Below, one piece after another: positions 36,009 through 47,658 of a stretch of 64,000 nucleotides of DNA. The notes below the pieces were generated by a model. That model did not search any database, had not been told where the DNA came from, and saw only the letters and a list, made by a program, of their open reading frames with translations. Source of the DNA: a virus (Duplodnaviria > Caudoviricetes); IMG/VR virus record IMGVR_UViG_3300021400_001091, positions 1 through 64,000 of that record. One strand, given 5' to 3'. The first letter of the stretch is position 1, and each line of letters starts with the position of its first letter. A program made the translations under genes and the position numbers.

Positions 36009-37193
36009 TTATTCTCCTATATATTTCAAAGATAAGTTTCCATTTTCACGCGGAATAAAAGCAAAAGCTCCAAATTGTAATTTATTAAGTATTGTAGCGT
36101 CTGTAATTTCTAGCGCTTGGTTAGAAACTGAAGCAACTTTATTATCTCCTTCTAAAAATTGTAACTCTGTATTAGTTATTTTAACAGAAGATGTAGAGTC
36201 TTTTGAAGCTTTAATTTGTAAAGCAGGCTCACCATCTTCAGTACCGAAGGTCATACTTCCTAAAAGTTGTCCTTGCTGATCTACAACCGTAGCAGTTAAA
36301 GCCTCTATAGATTCTAAACTGCCACCTAAATTATCAATATTTTGATTTAGTTCATCAATTAGCTCGGTAGCTCCAGAAATATCTAAAATAGTATTAGCTG
36401 CTGTTGCACTTATTGATAAACTATCTTCAATTGTAACCTCACCAGTTAAAACTGCACCATGAGCATATAAAACTCCTGTTGTATCTACCGCAAAATTATC
36501 TCCTATTGCAAATCTTAAATTTTGTTGTAAAGCTTCATTAATTTCCCTATTAAAACCATAGTCAGCCAATGTAATACAACCACTACTTGCTCTATAATAA
36601 GTTTTTCCCGAATTAATTGTTATATCTGATGTTAATATATATTTAATATTTTTTTTATAATAGATTTTACCGTCTATAACTGATGTGTCTTCAGTAAGTA
36701 CATATTGTCCACTAATTAATTCATATAACTCTAATTCATGAGGGTTTTCTTCTTCTGGAACATCAAATGGAATATATCTTTCTTTTCGTTCATACCAATA
36801 GTATTGAGATGGATTAACATCTAATCCAGTAGTAGTAACTTCTACAAAATCTCCTTCAAATACAATGGCTCCATCTTCAATATTAAAACCGCCACTATCA
36901 ACTTTAGCAACAACCTCTCCAATTGGATTATAAAAAGCAAGACCACCAGCCGTAAAAGAAGCTAAATTCAATAAGCCGTTTCTTAACCAAACTCCATTTG
37001 ATCTTGTTAGAATATATCCACCAGAAGGACTAGCTTTAAATTCTTTAATTGGAATTTCTGTAATATACGCCCCGCCTGGTAAACCAGTTGTTTCACCTTC
37101 TGCTGTCCACCAAAAATGTTGAGTATTGAGGGTGTCTGTTAAATCAGTAATCGTAATCGATCCATGTCCTACTTGTGCCATTTCACTCTCCAT
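36009..37193 (-). CDS. Minor tail protein
   Basis: C-terminal FAFIPRENGNLSL, typical of siphoviral tail proteins. Confidence 0.7.
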   Translation of the reverse strand: MESEMAQVGHGSITITDLTDTLNTQHFWWTAEGETTGLPGGAYITEIPIKEFKASPSGGYILTRSNGVWLRNGLLNLASFTAGGLAFYNPIGEVVAKVDSGGFNIEDGAIVFEGDFVEVTTTGLDVNPSQYYWYERKERYIPFDVPEEENPHELELYELISGQYVLTEDTSVIDGKIYYKKNIKYILTSDITINSGKTYYRASSGCITLADYGFNREINEALQQNLRFAIGDNFAVDTTGVLYAHGAVLTGEVTIEDSLSISATAANTILDISGATELIDELNQNIDNLGGSLESIEALTATVVDQQGQLLGSMTFGTEDGEPALQIKASKDSTSSVKITNTELQFLEGDNKVASVSNQALEITDATILNKLQFGAFAFIPRENGNLSLKYIGE

Positions 37194-37306
37194 TTATAAA
37201 TAAATACTTCCTCTACTTTAATTATAACAGAAAAAGTATAAAAAGTCAAATTTAAGGCTAAAGCGTAATTTCTCAACTACGCTTTAGCCATTTTTTATAT
37301 AGATTC

Positions 37307-40300
37307 TTAAGGTTCCAGCTCAGACTCCGATTCAGATTCTGAAGGTTCTGGTTCCTCTTTTTCGCTAACTGTAACTTCAGCTATTAGTTTACCATTAATC
37401 ATCTCTTCGGTAAAGTAAATTATTTTATCATTAGAGAAAGGAATAGTTGTTTGATCACTATAATTCCATTGATAATCATAAATGAATGTTACTAAATTCC
37501 ATTTCCAGTCATCTGATTGGTAATAAGTTTTTCCAGGATTAACTCTAACGTCTTCAGTTTCTATATAGCCATCTTCTGTTAATTCATACCAACCATTTTC
37601 ACTAGGATTTATTGTTACTCTATAATACGTTTTTCCCTCTTCTGCAACCATATCTTCTGTTTTTTCGTAGTCTTCTTCTTCTTCATTATATTCATATACA
37701 TCAAATCCTAAACCAACTAAACTATCACCAACTTGTACATCAATTACTTCATATCCATTTAAATTTTCTATTTCTGCCCACGCAGTAATTTCACAAGTTT
37801 TTGGAAAAGCTCTTTTTGGGCTATTTGGTGTACCAACTTCTGTCTCAATGAATACGAAAAATTCTCCATTCTTAGGATGTCTATCTCCAGCAAATGCTTC
37901 ATAAGTTTCTCCAAAATTTGGACTATCAGGAATTGAATCTATCTCTTCTTCTCCGCTATAAACTTTTGCATAAAGTAATCCATCAGAATATGGATCAACT
38001 ATTTGAGTCCCCATTGTAGAAGAAACTAACACAGTTAAAGAACCTTCTATTAAATCTTCCCAAGTGGTTGCATTACCATCATCATCAATATCATAGATTA
38101 AGTCTTTTGCACTAATTTCTAAACGCTTTGCACCGTTTGTATCCGTATAGAAAGCAAGATATTGTTTTCTATCACCAATATACATATTATTTGTAAATAT
38201 ACCTTGACTTCCCGCCATTTGTCTATTATAAATATCTGATACAAGAGTCGTACCAAGCGGCGGCAGTGTACCAAGAATACCTTTATAATCATAAGATACT
38301 TTAACCGTTGCCTCTGGATGAATATTAGATTCGAACAAACTAATGGCGCGCTCTGGTAAGCCGACATAATTATCTGAACTATTTATTCCAATTCCATAAT
38401 TGTGGCGCCCGTTTTCATAAGATTCATTATTCTCATCATATCCGAAGCTTATTAACGCGCCGCCAATTAAATCATCAATTGAAGAAGAAGGATAAGTATC
38501 ATCACTGACTGAAAACTCTAAAACAACTTCTTTAGGAATATAACAATAAACCTTATAAGATACTGGAGTCGTATCTTCAGTAAGTATATAAGTATCTGTT
38601 AAAACGTCATATTCATAAAGACCTAATGCGGCAGGATTATCATTAGGAGATATATCATAAATTTCATAAAGATCTGGTAAATATGCTCTAATATTAGTAG
38701 TTGGTGTGGACTCATTATAATTAGTAATAATATAGTTCTCAGAAATAAGAGTTAGTTGATCATCAATTAAAACAGGAGTATCTCTATAAGCAACATCAGT
38801 AAAACTAAAAACATAAGCATGGTTTTCAATTAAAGTTAAATCATAAGTAGCGGTATACCAAGAAGTATTTTCTTCTTTTGTGAAAGTAATTGGCTGTAAT
38901 TCTGTTTCTTCTTGTTCTTGCTCCTCAATTTGTGGTTTTTCAAAATACAAACCAGCATTTTCTAAAATCAAACCATTTAAATCTGTTGTCCCTTTTATTT
39001 TATAAATATGAGATAGACCACCGTTATCTATAGAAGCGTTAGCATTACTTAATTTAACCCATTCATAAAGTCTAAACAATTCTGGTTGTTCAACTAGAAC
39101 AACTAAATCATCTTCGTCGAAAAATACTTCATTAATTGTAGAACTTGGTCTGAATAAAAATGCTCCACCAACTGCCTCAATTTCACTATATTCAAATACA
39201 GCAGTTTTAATCGCTCCACGAACTGATACATTATTAAATATTGCATCGCCAGATGCATCAATAATCCATCCAGTAGAAGTATTATGTAAATAATTTGAAG
39301 AAAATATTGCTGGCTGTTCAGACTCAGCATCAATCATTATAAATTGATCTTCGCTTCCAACTTGAATATTTCCACTAAAATCTCCACCAGTAGCATTTAT
39401 TCGTCCCGTAATAGCAATATTACCATCGTCATTAGTAGTAAAAACAGGTTCACCACTGTCGTTGTAGATATTGATCCCATACTTTGTAGGAACTCCTTCA
39501 CTATCTTTTTCTAAAGCACCAATTTTTATTTTTGTAACTGGAACAAGATTTGAACTACGTAAACTGCGGCCAGCCGAAGGAAGTAATCGTATAACTTCAA
39601 AATCATTATCTGAAGTAAGACTTACATAACCATTCGTGTAGCTATTCTTAATTCTAAAGCCATCCCAGGTTAAACTAAAATGCGCCGCGTCAATAACCTT
39701 GTTTAACTCATCATAGATATAAATTGGATTGCCATATTCATCTTCCCCATGTTTAACTCCATAAATTCCAAATCTATCCATACGAACAAATGAAGTTAAA
39801 TCATACCCTTCAGTACCATCGCCGCCATATGCGTTTAATCCCGCCTGATCCCAACGGAAGGAAGTGTTATTTCCATCCATAATCTGAATGTTTTGAGTAT
39901 TAATAGTACCAGCTGTAAGTGAATCAGTAGTAATACCATTAGCATTTACAATATTCTTCCATGACTTGCCGCCATCAACAGAAGCGTATATTCCACTACC
40001 AGCAAGCTTTACTAAATTAGATTGTGCTTGTTGATCCTGTGCAATAATACCGGTATCGTCAATTTTAATGTATGGACTAATTGGATATGCATTACCTACA
40101 AGACCACTAAGTGATTTAGAAAGTAAATCTTTATTGATTGTTCCATTTTTGTCCAAAATTTTTGCAGCTCGAGAATAGCTTGATTCATTATATTGGACTG
40201 ATTGTACAGTTGCACTAATGCGTTGGAACAAATCTTCAAATTGAGTTTTATAATTTTGAACAGTAATTACATTAGCTGAAGGATCATCTAAATGCCATTC

Positions 40301-43300
40301 AATTTCAGAAAGAATTACCTCTTCTTGAACTGGCGTATAAATTTCAACAATATCATTACCAACTGAAACTTCATCAACAGTCCAGCCAAAGAACTCTGTA
40401 TCTTCTACATAGGTTTTATCGCCTATTGCAAAAGTATATCCCTCTAGCCCTTCAATTGCACTAACTTCTGTTACATTAATTGTATATGTAATCTGCGGCT
40501 TAGCTGAAGTGTGAGCAACTTGTAAGGCATCGAAATAGTAAAGATTAGAGTCAATATATGAGTCCTCTTCCCAAGTACCTTCTTGTATATATTGACGATA
40601 CTTACGCTCAAAAGCATTAATAAGTTCTTGTTTTTCTGCTATTTTTTCATCAATTTGGTCTTGATAACCTTTATACTGCGCCTGAGCTGCTTCAGTTGGT
40701 ACAAGAGCAAATTTTCTAACCATTCCTTCATCAGCAGCTTCATTATAAATTTTAAACGAGCCAGTAGTTACTTTATCTTTCTTTCCTGTATCTATATGAG
40801 TATATTCAAACAAATAATTCGTTGGAACATTCTCAATTATTAAATAAGTACAAGGACTATTGGTTAAGAATTCAAACTCTTTATCATTTAAAGAAGTAGT
40901 GAAAGTTTTCTCATTATCTTCACTCTTTAAAGTAAACTTAAGTCCTTCAATATAATCACTTACTAAAACTTTTGCTTTATAAGTTGTAGATGCGTCATCA
41001 TCCTGTGTATCTTGCGTTTCAGGCTTTGTTGTAGATACAGTTATCGAATATTCTGGGACACCATTAATTAATAGTTGTAACCTTTTATATTCTTCATTAG
41101 CTGATGTCTCTGGACCAGAAACATTATTTAATAAGCTTTGCGCTGCATATAACGCACCAACTGTTTCCATCAAAGTTTCAGCTTTCTTTTCATCATCAAA
41201 TTTTTTCCCAGTAAAATTAGCATATGAAATTCCGGCAATTTCTTCAAAGTCATCTAAGGCTTCATTATACTTATCTTGCGCCGCTGCAATAGTTTCTGCA
41301 TATACATTAGCCTGAGATTTAACATTTATTAAAGCATTATTTGCAAGTGCTAAATCAGATGAAAGCTGTTGTATTTCCTCATTCAAAGGCCCAACTTGCT
41401 CATAAAGATTGTTTAAATCTCTATTATATTGTTCTTTATCTCTAATAAGCCCTTTCTGAACATAGTAATCTAAGTTATAAATAACTGACTCTCTTAATGG
41501 ATTAGAATCTGCATAAGCTATACTAAGAGTTCCATTCTCTGCATAATCACTTGCCGTTTCAGCTACAATAAGTTTTGTTACAACTTCATTACTATCAACT
41601 GTTCGACTTATTGAATTTAAATTAATTCCATATTTAAATCCTGCAGAATTTTCTTTACCAACATATTCTTTAAAAGAAATTTTCTTAATTGGTTTATGGT
41701 CTTTGTCAAGCTTAATCGCACCGTTACGCTCGTGTTCTACAGTTATTTTAAGCCAACACTCAAAAGTCTCACAAAGGGTTTGGAGTATGTTAAATATATT
41801 AGATTTAGATTCTTCTATTGAAAGAATTTTTTCACAGTTTTCATTGTAAACTTGTTGTATTAAATCTGGCTCAATTCCTAAATCACTAGCTATATCTTCA
41901 AGTGAAGAATAAGTATTCATTGAAGAAACTTGTGTAGAATTTTCGGGTTTTAAGTAGTAAAGTTCTCGATTAGTAATAAGTGTTGATGGTGCATTACCTG
42001 GAAGAATTATATTATCTTCGGTATCTCTTAAAACCTTAAAAATTTCTACATCACCAAAATATCTATCTACACCATCTGTGGTACCAATAAATATACCAAT
42101 ATGTATTGTTGGATCAGTAAGTTTTTCATTAGTAACCGTAACCTTCGCATTAGCTGTAGTTATATATGTATCTAAAAACCAGTTTGGATTACTTACAGAA
42201 TAACTTACATAAGTTGAATTATTTGGATTCCATATATAATTCTTCTCCACCTCTTGATTATTTTGTTTTTCTATATTGACATAGATATATTTTAAAGAAG
42301 GTGCTTGAGGTATATTGTCAATAGTATAAACAGTTTTATTAGTATTGAGTTCTCCACCAGTAATTTTGTTTAGTGAATAATCAAACGGTGTTTTAAATTC
42401 AAAAATTATATCATTATCTGTAAAAGTTTTTACATCGGTTGAAGTTCCTTCTACATCTTGTTTAACAGTCTTATAATAGGCAACATATACTTTAACATTA
42501 CTATAATTAGTATCTTTTATTGGTTGCCCATTAGCATTAATTTTACCAATCCTCATTCTAAAAGCATATTCTTCGCCTTTAGAAATACTATCAATTCTTC
42601 CACCATAGTCCATAAAACCGCGGTTAAAAACAAGGTTTTTATATCCTGTAGAATCACTAGTAATTGGAGCATGGGTTGATACCTTTAAATAAGAAGATAA
42701 CTGATTCATTTCCTCTAAAGAAGCTAACTTTGTATTCGTATCAATAATTGGATAAGAATAAAGTTTCGCTTCGGGTTTCTCATCTCCAGTAAAAGCAACA
42801 AAGTCATCCCAACCAGTTACCTTTGCATTATCAACTATTGCAAAGTCATTTCCATTTGTAACTACAGAAGTAACAACAGAACTTGTATTATATTCAGTAG
42901 TAACAACCTTATATATATCTTGTGTCCCATCGGTATAGTTCGCCCGATATACATCTACATATTGACCCATAATTGGATCGTATACGGCGCGCGGTTGATA
43001 AACTAAACGATAAGCTTGGTTTGCATAATATGGAGTTTTATCAGACTCAAATAATGAAGTACCGTCACCTTGATAACGATAATTTGTACCAACTATTGTA
43101 TCATTATCATCATATTTCCAAGATTCTTTATCAGAATCTCTTAAAAACTGTACGTTAGTATAATCTTCATTAGAAACATAGCTATAAAAAACATAAAGTT
43201 TTTCACCCAGTTCTATTGGATCTGTTTCTCCAGTGTCTAAATTTAAGGCACCAAAATTCCTCGCCGCTGTAACTTCATATAAAGGTTCTTGTACTGTCTG

Positions 43301-43819
43301 CTGAAGAAGATCACAATCCTCTTCATCAATAATCCAATCAGTACCTTTAATCGTTTCCGCGCCGAGTTCAGTTATCGTACCTAAATTGTTATTCAATTCT
43401 GTAGCAAACTCAACATTATAACCTTGCTTTGAAAGCTCATTTATAAATATATCCGTCGCTGTATAAGAAAAAGTCTGATTTTCAGAATCTTCTTGACACT
43501 CCTTTATAATAAAGTCATACCATTTATCATTATAATATAACTTTACCTTCCTTTCATTTACTAACAAAGGATAAATAGGATTGGTAATATAGTCCCCAAC
43601 CTTTTCATCAAAATAATAATGTTGTAAAGTAAAGGTTAAAGTTTTTTCTCCATTTACATTCTCCGTTAGTACCGGATCATATACCTTTTGTGGAGCAGGA
43701 AAGTCATCACCGCCGATTATAGCAATCTTTCTTTCTCGATAATAACTTTCCCCGTCCTCTGGAGTGACCAACTCATCTTCCCATACGGAAATTTCATATT
43801 TTTTGAGCATCTCACTCAT
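37307..43819 (-). CDS. Large tail-tip / baseplate hub (Tal-like) protein, 2170 aa
   Basis: Tail-spike-type N-terminus, coiled coils, ITTDSLTAGTINT; follows a Dit-like gene. Confidence 0.75.
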   Translation of the reverse strand: MSEMLKKYEISVWEDELVTPEDGESYYRERKIAIIGGDDFPAPQKVYDPVLTENVNGEKTLTFTLQHYYFDEKVGDYITNPIYPLLVNERKVKLYYNDKWYDFIIKECQEDSENQTFSYTATDIFINELSKQGYNVEFATELNNNLGTITELGAETIKGTDWIIDEEDCDLLQQTVQEPLYEVTAARNFGALNLDTGETDPIELGEKLYVFYSYVSNEDYTNVQFLRDSDKESWKYDDNDTIVGTNYRYQGDGTSLFESDKTPYYANQAYRLVYQPRAVYDPIMGQYVDVYRANYTDGTQDIYKVVTTEYNTSSVVTSVVTNGNDFAIVDNAKVTGWDDFVAFTGDEKPEAKLYSYPIIDTNTKLASLEEMNQLSSYLKVSTHAPITSDSTGYKNLVFNRGFMDYGGRIDSISKGEEYAFRMRIGKINANGQPIKDTNYSNVKVYVAYYKTVKQDVEGTSTDVKTFTDNDIIFEFKTPFDYSLNKITGGELNTNKTVYTIDNIPQAPSLKYIYVNIEKQNNQEVEKNYIWNPNNSTYVSYSVSNPNWFLDTYITTANAKVTVTNEKLTDPTIHIGIFIGTTDGVDRYFGDVEIFKVLRDTEDNIILPGNAPSTLITNRELYYLKPENSTQVSSMNTYSSLEDIASDLGIEPDLIQQVYNENCEKILSIEESKSNIFNILQTLCETFECWLKITVEHERNGAIKLDKDHKPIKKISFKEYVGKENSAGFKYGINLNSISRTVDSNEVVTKLIVAETASDYAENGTLSIAYADSNPLRESVIYNLDYYVQKGLIRDKEQYNRDLNNLYEQVGPLNEEIQQLSSDLALANNALINVKSQANVYAETIAAAQDKYNEALDDFEEIAGISYANFTGKKFDDEKKAETLMETVGALYAAQSLLNNVSGPETSANEEYKRLQLLINGVPEYSITVSTTKPETQDTQDDDASTTYKAKVLVSDYIEGLKFTLKSEDNEKTFTTSLNDKEFEFLTNSPCTYLIIENVPTNYLFEYTHIDTGKKDKVTTGSFKIYNEAADEGMVRKFALVPTEAAQAQYKGYQDQIDEKIAEKQELINAFERKYRQYIQEGTWEEDSYIDSNLYYFDALQVAHTSAKPQITYTINVTEVSAIEGLEGYTFAIGDKTYVEDTEFFGWTVDEVSVGNDIVEIYTPVQEEVILSEIEWHLDDPSANVITVQNYKTQFEDLFQRISATVQSVQYNESSYSRAAKILDKNGTINKDLLSKSLSGLVGNAYPISPYIKIDDTGIIAQDQQAQSNLVKLAGSGIYASVDGGKSWKNIVNANGITTDSLTAGTINTQNIQIMDGNNTSFRWDQAGLNAYGGDGTEGYDLTSFVRMDRFGIYGVKHGEDEYGNPIYIYDELNKVIDAAHFSLTWDGFRIKNSYTNGYVSLTSDNDFEVIRLLPSAGRSLRSSNLVPVTKIKIGALEKDSEGVPTKYGINIYNDSGEPVFTTNDDGNIAITGRINATGGDFSGNIQVGSEDQFIMIDAESEQPAIFSSNYLHNTSTGWIIDASGDAIFNNVSVRGAIKTAVFEYSEIEAVGGAFLFRPSSTINEVFFDEDDLVVLVEQPELFRLYEWVKLSNANASIDNGGLSHIYKIKGTTDLNGLILENAGLYFEKPQIEEQEQEETELQPITFTKEENTSWYTATYDLTLIENHAYVFSFTDVAYRDTPVLIDDQLTLISENYIITNYNESTPTTNIRAYLPDLYEIYDISPNDNPAALGLYEYDVLTDTYILTEDTTPVSYKVYCYIPKEVVLEFSVSDDTYPSSSIDDLIGGALISFGYDENNESYENGRHNYGIGINSSDNYVGLPERAISLFESNIHPEATVKVSYDYKGILGTLPPLGTTLVSDIYNRQMAGSQGIFTNNMYIGDRKQYLAFYTDTNGAKRLEISAKDLIYDIDDDGNATTWEDLIEGSLTVLVSSTMGTQIVDPYSDGLLYAKVYSGEEEIDSIPDSPNFGETYEAFAGDRHPKNGEFFVFIETEVGTPNSPKRAFPKTCEITAWAEIENLNGYEVIDVQVGDSLVGLGFDVYEYNEEEEDYEKTEDMVAEEGKTYYRVTINPSENGWYELTEDGYIETEDVRVNPGKTYYQSDDWKWNLVTFIYDYQWNYSDQTTIPFSNDKIIYFTEEMINGKLIAEVTVSEKEEPEPSESESESELEP

Positions 43820-43830
43820 TCCTTTTCCTC

Positions 43831-45183
43831 CTAGTAATATAAGTAATCATAGAAAAGACGGACGGCCGCCAAATCCATACCACTTGTATCACAAACTACT
43901 TGTAGCTTTTGTATTTTACTATTTAAATCAGTTACTAAATCAAACGGCCCATAGTGAATAATCTTTGGAAAGTATCCTTTTAAAAGATATTCATTATATA
44001 TATTACCCGTTGTAGACCAAGATTCATGTTCTGTGGCATCATATTTAACACCTTCAATTAAATGATTTGCTGTATTAATTACAATGCCTGTTTCTTTTCC
44101 ACTTTCATCTTTAGTTTCAATTTCTTCAAAAATCATTGTACCAGAAGGTAAGTTTACAATAAATTGCCCATCTTCTCCAGTAATTTTTCCATTATTATCA
44201 AATGGAATATAAAGTGAAAATGGCGCATCTACATCACCAGGATTATAAGTTAAATAACTAAAACCATCACTTTCTCTTACTGGTCTATCAATTAAATGAT
44301 CTTCATAACTTTGTCTTGTTAAAATTCCACTTGCTTCACCCCATTCATCTATATTACTCCAAGTCGTAACAAGATTACCATGAACCATATCGGTCTCTTC
44401 ATAACTTTCTAATGTTTTAAACGGCGCGCGGGCTAATGGGGAAGAACAAATAAACTCAATCGAGCCTTCTCCCTTATAAATACGTTCTTTTTCTCCAGTA
44501 TGAATATAAGGATAAATTTGTTCCCAATTATAATTATTTTTAACTGTAATCGTTATAATATCTCCATCTTCTCCATATCCGTCAAAAAGAATACCTAAAT
44601 TTGGCATCGCCGTAGGAATTGGCTCTCCATTACACTCCCACATTCCACTCATAGCTAAGGTACAAACAAATTCATATGTTCCATCATCAGGATAGTAGGT
44701 CGAAAACAACTCTTGATTTACAGAAACTTCATCAATTACTTCACTTTGAACAGATATTTGTATTGGCTCCGGCCTATCTGTAATTCTAATTCCTTTTTGA
44801 GGTTCTTCAGAGGCTATTATTTTTTCCTCATCAAAGCACACATAGTTCAATGTAATCGGTGAAGAAATTTTAACTGTATATTCTTTCCAAGGGCGTTCAT
44901 CAAAAATTAACTTCCCTGGCTTCTTTGCTGAAAACAAATATGTGATCTGTCTAAATTGTGTTTCAGTTACATGGTCGAAAGCAATTTGAATTGTTATTGT
45001 TTTGCTTCTATAATCACTACCATAGTAGTATTCTCCATCTCGACCAACAACTCCAGTTCTTCTGTCTTCAATCTCTGGATGAAGTGTTTCCTCATACCAG
45101 TTTCCATCACTGACGTGGAGGATACCAAGATCGGAAGAGTGGACACCATTGAAACTGAATCCTATAAAATCTCTTTGATCCAT
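43831..45183 (-). CDS. Distal tail (Dit)-like protein
   Basis: FSFNGVHSSDLGI, GRDGEYYYG, GKLIFDE.P, IEFIC..P and YNPGDVDAP pattern. Confidence 0.7.
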   Translation of the reverse strand: MDQRDFIGFSFNGVHSSDLGILHVSDGNWYEETLHPEIEDRRTGVVGRDGEYYYGSDYRSKTITIQIAFDHVTETQFRQITYLFSAKKPGKLIFDERPWKEYTVKISSPITLNYVCFDEEKIIASEEPQKGIRITDRPEPIQISVQSEVIDEVSVNQELFSTYYPDDGTYEFVCTLAMSGMWECNGEPIPTAMPNLGILFDGYGEDGDIITITVKNNYNWEQIYPYIHTGEKERIYKGEGSIEFICSSPLARAPFKTLESYEETDMVHGNLVTTWSNIDEWGEASGILTRQSYEDHLIDRPVRESDGFSYLTYNPGDVDAPFSLYIPFDNNGKITGEDGQFIVNLPSGTMIFEEIETKDESGKETGIVINTANHLIEGVKYDATEHESWSTTGNIYNEYLLKGYFPKIIHYGPFDLVTDLNSKIQKLQVVCDTSGMDLAAVRLFYDYLYY

Positions 45184-45195
45184 TTTAATCCTCCT

Positions 45196-47112
45196 TTAAT
45201 TAGATGGTTTCGGTGTTTTTAAACTACCAACATAATTATAAAATTCATCTTTTACATATAATACACCCACTTTAAAACGACATTTTAAGCTATCTTTAAG
45301 TGTATTTTGTAGCCCAAAACATACTTTCGGATGGTCAGTTGCAACATCTTCTAAGAAACATTCCCATACATAGAAATCATCTGCTGCTCCATTATTGTTA
45401 TACATATTCACATTCCAACTTCGAATAATTAATGGACGATAGCCATTAATTTTTTTAATATACATATATAAGTTACCACTACTATTTGAATCTCTATAAA
45501 CAGCCGCATATTCATTTGCTGATGCTTCTGCTATTGCCGCTTGTGCTTTAAAAGCTAAGTTTTCTGGAATACTTCCGAAATCATGATCTTTATCGCTGTT
45601 ATTAAAGGCCGGATAAGTTAATACCATGCTTTCTATTGTACCATATTTAAATAATGGTTTTAAATTGTTTATTTGGGCAATAATTTTTGAATCAACATAA
45701 CTTGATAAAGTTATACCTCCTATATTAATTCCATTATTTATATTAACTGGAACTTCAAAGTTCGCGCTCTCTCCATTTATCCAAAATAGAGGAGTAAAGC
45801 TTGGTATGGTTGTATCTGTAGTGCCAACTTCAAATTTTTCAGTATTTTGCTCCCCAATTGGTAAATTATTTTTACCAATTCCAAGACGAATAGAGTTTCC
45901 GTAAATGCGAGTTTGTGGATCCGGTGCAACAGCAGCATTATCAGCATCTTTCCAATCATTCTGATATGCTTCTAACGATCCCCAACCCATTGTAGTTAAT
46001 AATTGAGGAGTTGCCGTTGAACCTGGAAGTTTATCGGGTCTATACCAAGGAATTATTGTATGAATTGTACCATCGTTACCTTCTGATGAATTTTCTGGAG
46101 CATCATATAAATAACCAATTCCTAAACTATTATCATAAAAATAGTTATTTGTTGTACTCGACCAAAATTTTCCTCGTCCATCTTCGCCATTATTAATAAG
46201 ATCGTTGGTACTATCAATAATAGGTGGAAGAGTGATACTACTTATTGATTCATCAGGTCTATTTAAATTAATTGTTCCCCAATCAGTTGGAATGGTAGAA
46301 CCACTTGGAACAGTTGGATCATCATAGCTCAAAGTTAAGTGAGAAAGCTTTTCATCAATTTCATCGTCAATAACGTTCCAACCAACCGGTCGCTCATCAT
46401 CTTCACCAGTTAAATCGTTTGCGTCTGTTACGAGCTTCGTAACTCCATAAGTATCAGCTGTGGCTTTATCAATTTGAAAAGCTTTCCAATAATAAGTTTC
46501 GTCTTCTGTATGTTCTTCTACATAAGCTACATTAACTATAATAGTATCTTCATCAACTTGATTTTCACAAGAAATTCCATATACTGTTAAATTAACAATC
46601 TGTTCATTTAGATACCAAGCACCAGTGGTCTCTTCGATCTCCTCTGTTTCTTCAGTTTCAGCAACATGATATGTAAACTGATAAGTGCCTGGAGTCGATT
46701 GAACTTCGTTAAGAAAAGTTTCTTCGCTTGTAAAGCTGGCAGTTGCCGTTTGAGCCTGATCAAATTCGGCATCAGCACCAGTAATTATATCTCCGGCAAT
46801 TTTCCCACAACAATAAACGAACCCAACCAACTGCTGCTCAGACCATTCATTATAGCCTGGATAAGTTACAGTTGGTATAGCTCCGGTAGGACCAACATCT
46901 TGAGCAGGATCGTTTACCATCAGTTTAAGCTGTGGATAAACTTCCTCATTATTTCCATTATTAAATTTAACGATTAACTCATCTCCAACTTGGAGATCAA
47001 GCTCGTCATTATCTGTTAAATCTCCAGGATTTCGGATTATAACTTCTTTAACTAAATTCCCTTTAGGAGTATCCGAAACACCAAAATATAGCCGTCCACT
47101 TCTATTGGCCAT
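45196..47112 (-). CDS. Virion structural protein (638 aa)
   Basis: Tail-module position; KATADTYGVTKL fibre motif. Confidence 0.65.
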   Translation of the reverse strand: MANRSGRLYFGVSDTPKGNLVKEVIIRNPGDLTDNDELDLQVGDELIVKFNNGNNEEVYPQLKLMVNDPAQDVGPTGAIPTVTYPGYNEWSEQQLVGFVYCCGKIAGDIITGADAEFDQAQTATASFTSEETFLNEVQSTPGTYQFTYHVAETEETEEIEETTGAWYLNEQIVNLTVYGISCENQVDEDTIIVNVAYVEEHTEDETYYWKAFQIDKATADTYGVTKLVTDANDLTGEDDERPVGWNVIDDEIDEKLSHLTLSYDDPTVPSGSTIPTDWGTINLNRPDESISSITLPPIIDSTNDLINNGEDGRGKFWSSTTNNYFYDNSLGIGYLYDAPENSSEGNDGTIHTIIPWYRPDKLPGSTATPQLLTTMGWGSLEAYQNDWKDADNAAVAPDPQTRIYGNSIRLGIGKNNLPIGEQNTEKFEVGTTDTTIPSFTPLFWINGESANFEVPVNINNGINIGGITLSSYVDSKIIAQINNLKPLFKYGTIESMVLTYPAFNNSDKDHDFGSIPENLAFKAQAAIAEASANEYAAVYRDSNSSGNLYMYIKKINGYRPLIIRSWNVNMYNNNGAADDFYVWECFLEDVATDHPKVCFGLQNTLKDSLKCRFKVGVLYVKDEFYNYVGSLKTPKPSN

Positions 47113-47221
47113 CTATCAATTCCTCCTTTTAACTCCAAAATTTATAGGAATAAAAAAATCTACCTAATTCTATAAATTAAGTAGACTTTTTTCTGTCGCC
47201 ATACACTTTATTAAACTCCAG

Positions 47222-47572
47222 CTACTTTTCTTTAGTATCCTCACATACAAATGTCTCCACAGCTAAACCAGGACGCTTCTCCAGCTTACAAAAATCTTCA
47301 TAAAGCTTCGCTCCCGTCCCATTTCCACCAATTTCGGTATAAACCTGAAACATTTCGGTTACATTATCAAATTCGTCAAAAGTAGTATATCCACGTAAAA
47401 TAGCGTGTTGAGTGTATCTATAAACTAAGTCATGAAGTATGACTAAATCGGCCTTTTTTCTTGTGTCGTTTCTTTCATCTCTACGCTTAACTTTATAAAG
47501 GATGTAAGTCCAAAATCCTTGAGAAGCTAGAATTGCAGAGATTAAAAGAACTATAAAACTAGTATCACCCAT
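47222..47572 (-). CDS. Holin-like membrane protein
   Basis: N-terminal TM helix; Y..IGGNGTG motif common in phage holin-like proteins. Confidence 0.6.
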   Translation of the reverse strand: MGDTSFIVLLISAILASQGFWTYILYKVKRRDERNDTRKKADLVILHDLVYRYTQHAILRGYTTFDEFDNVTEMFQVYTEIGGNGTGAKLYEDFCKLEKRPGLAVETFVCEDTKEK

Positions 47573-47658
47573 ATTAAAATCCCTCCGCAAACAATACGTT
47601 CTGAAAATAAGTAGAGTTAGAGATGACTAACTTTACTTTTATGGGGAGGAATTGACAA

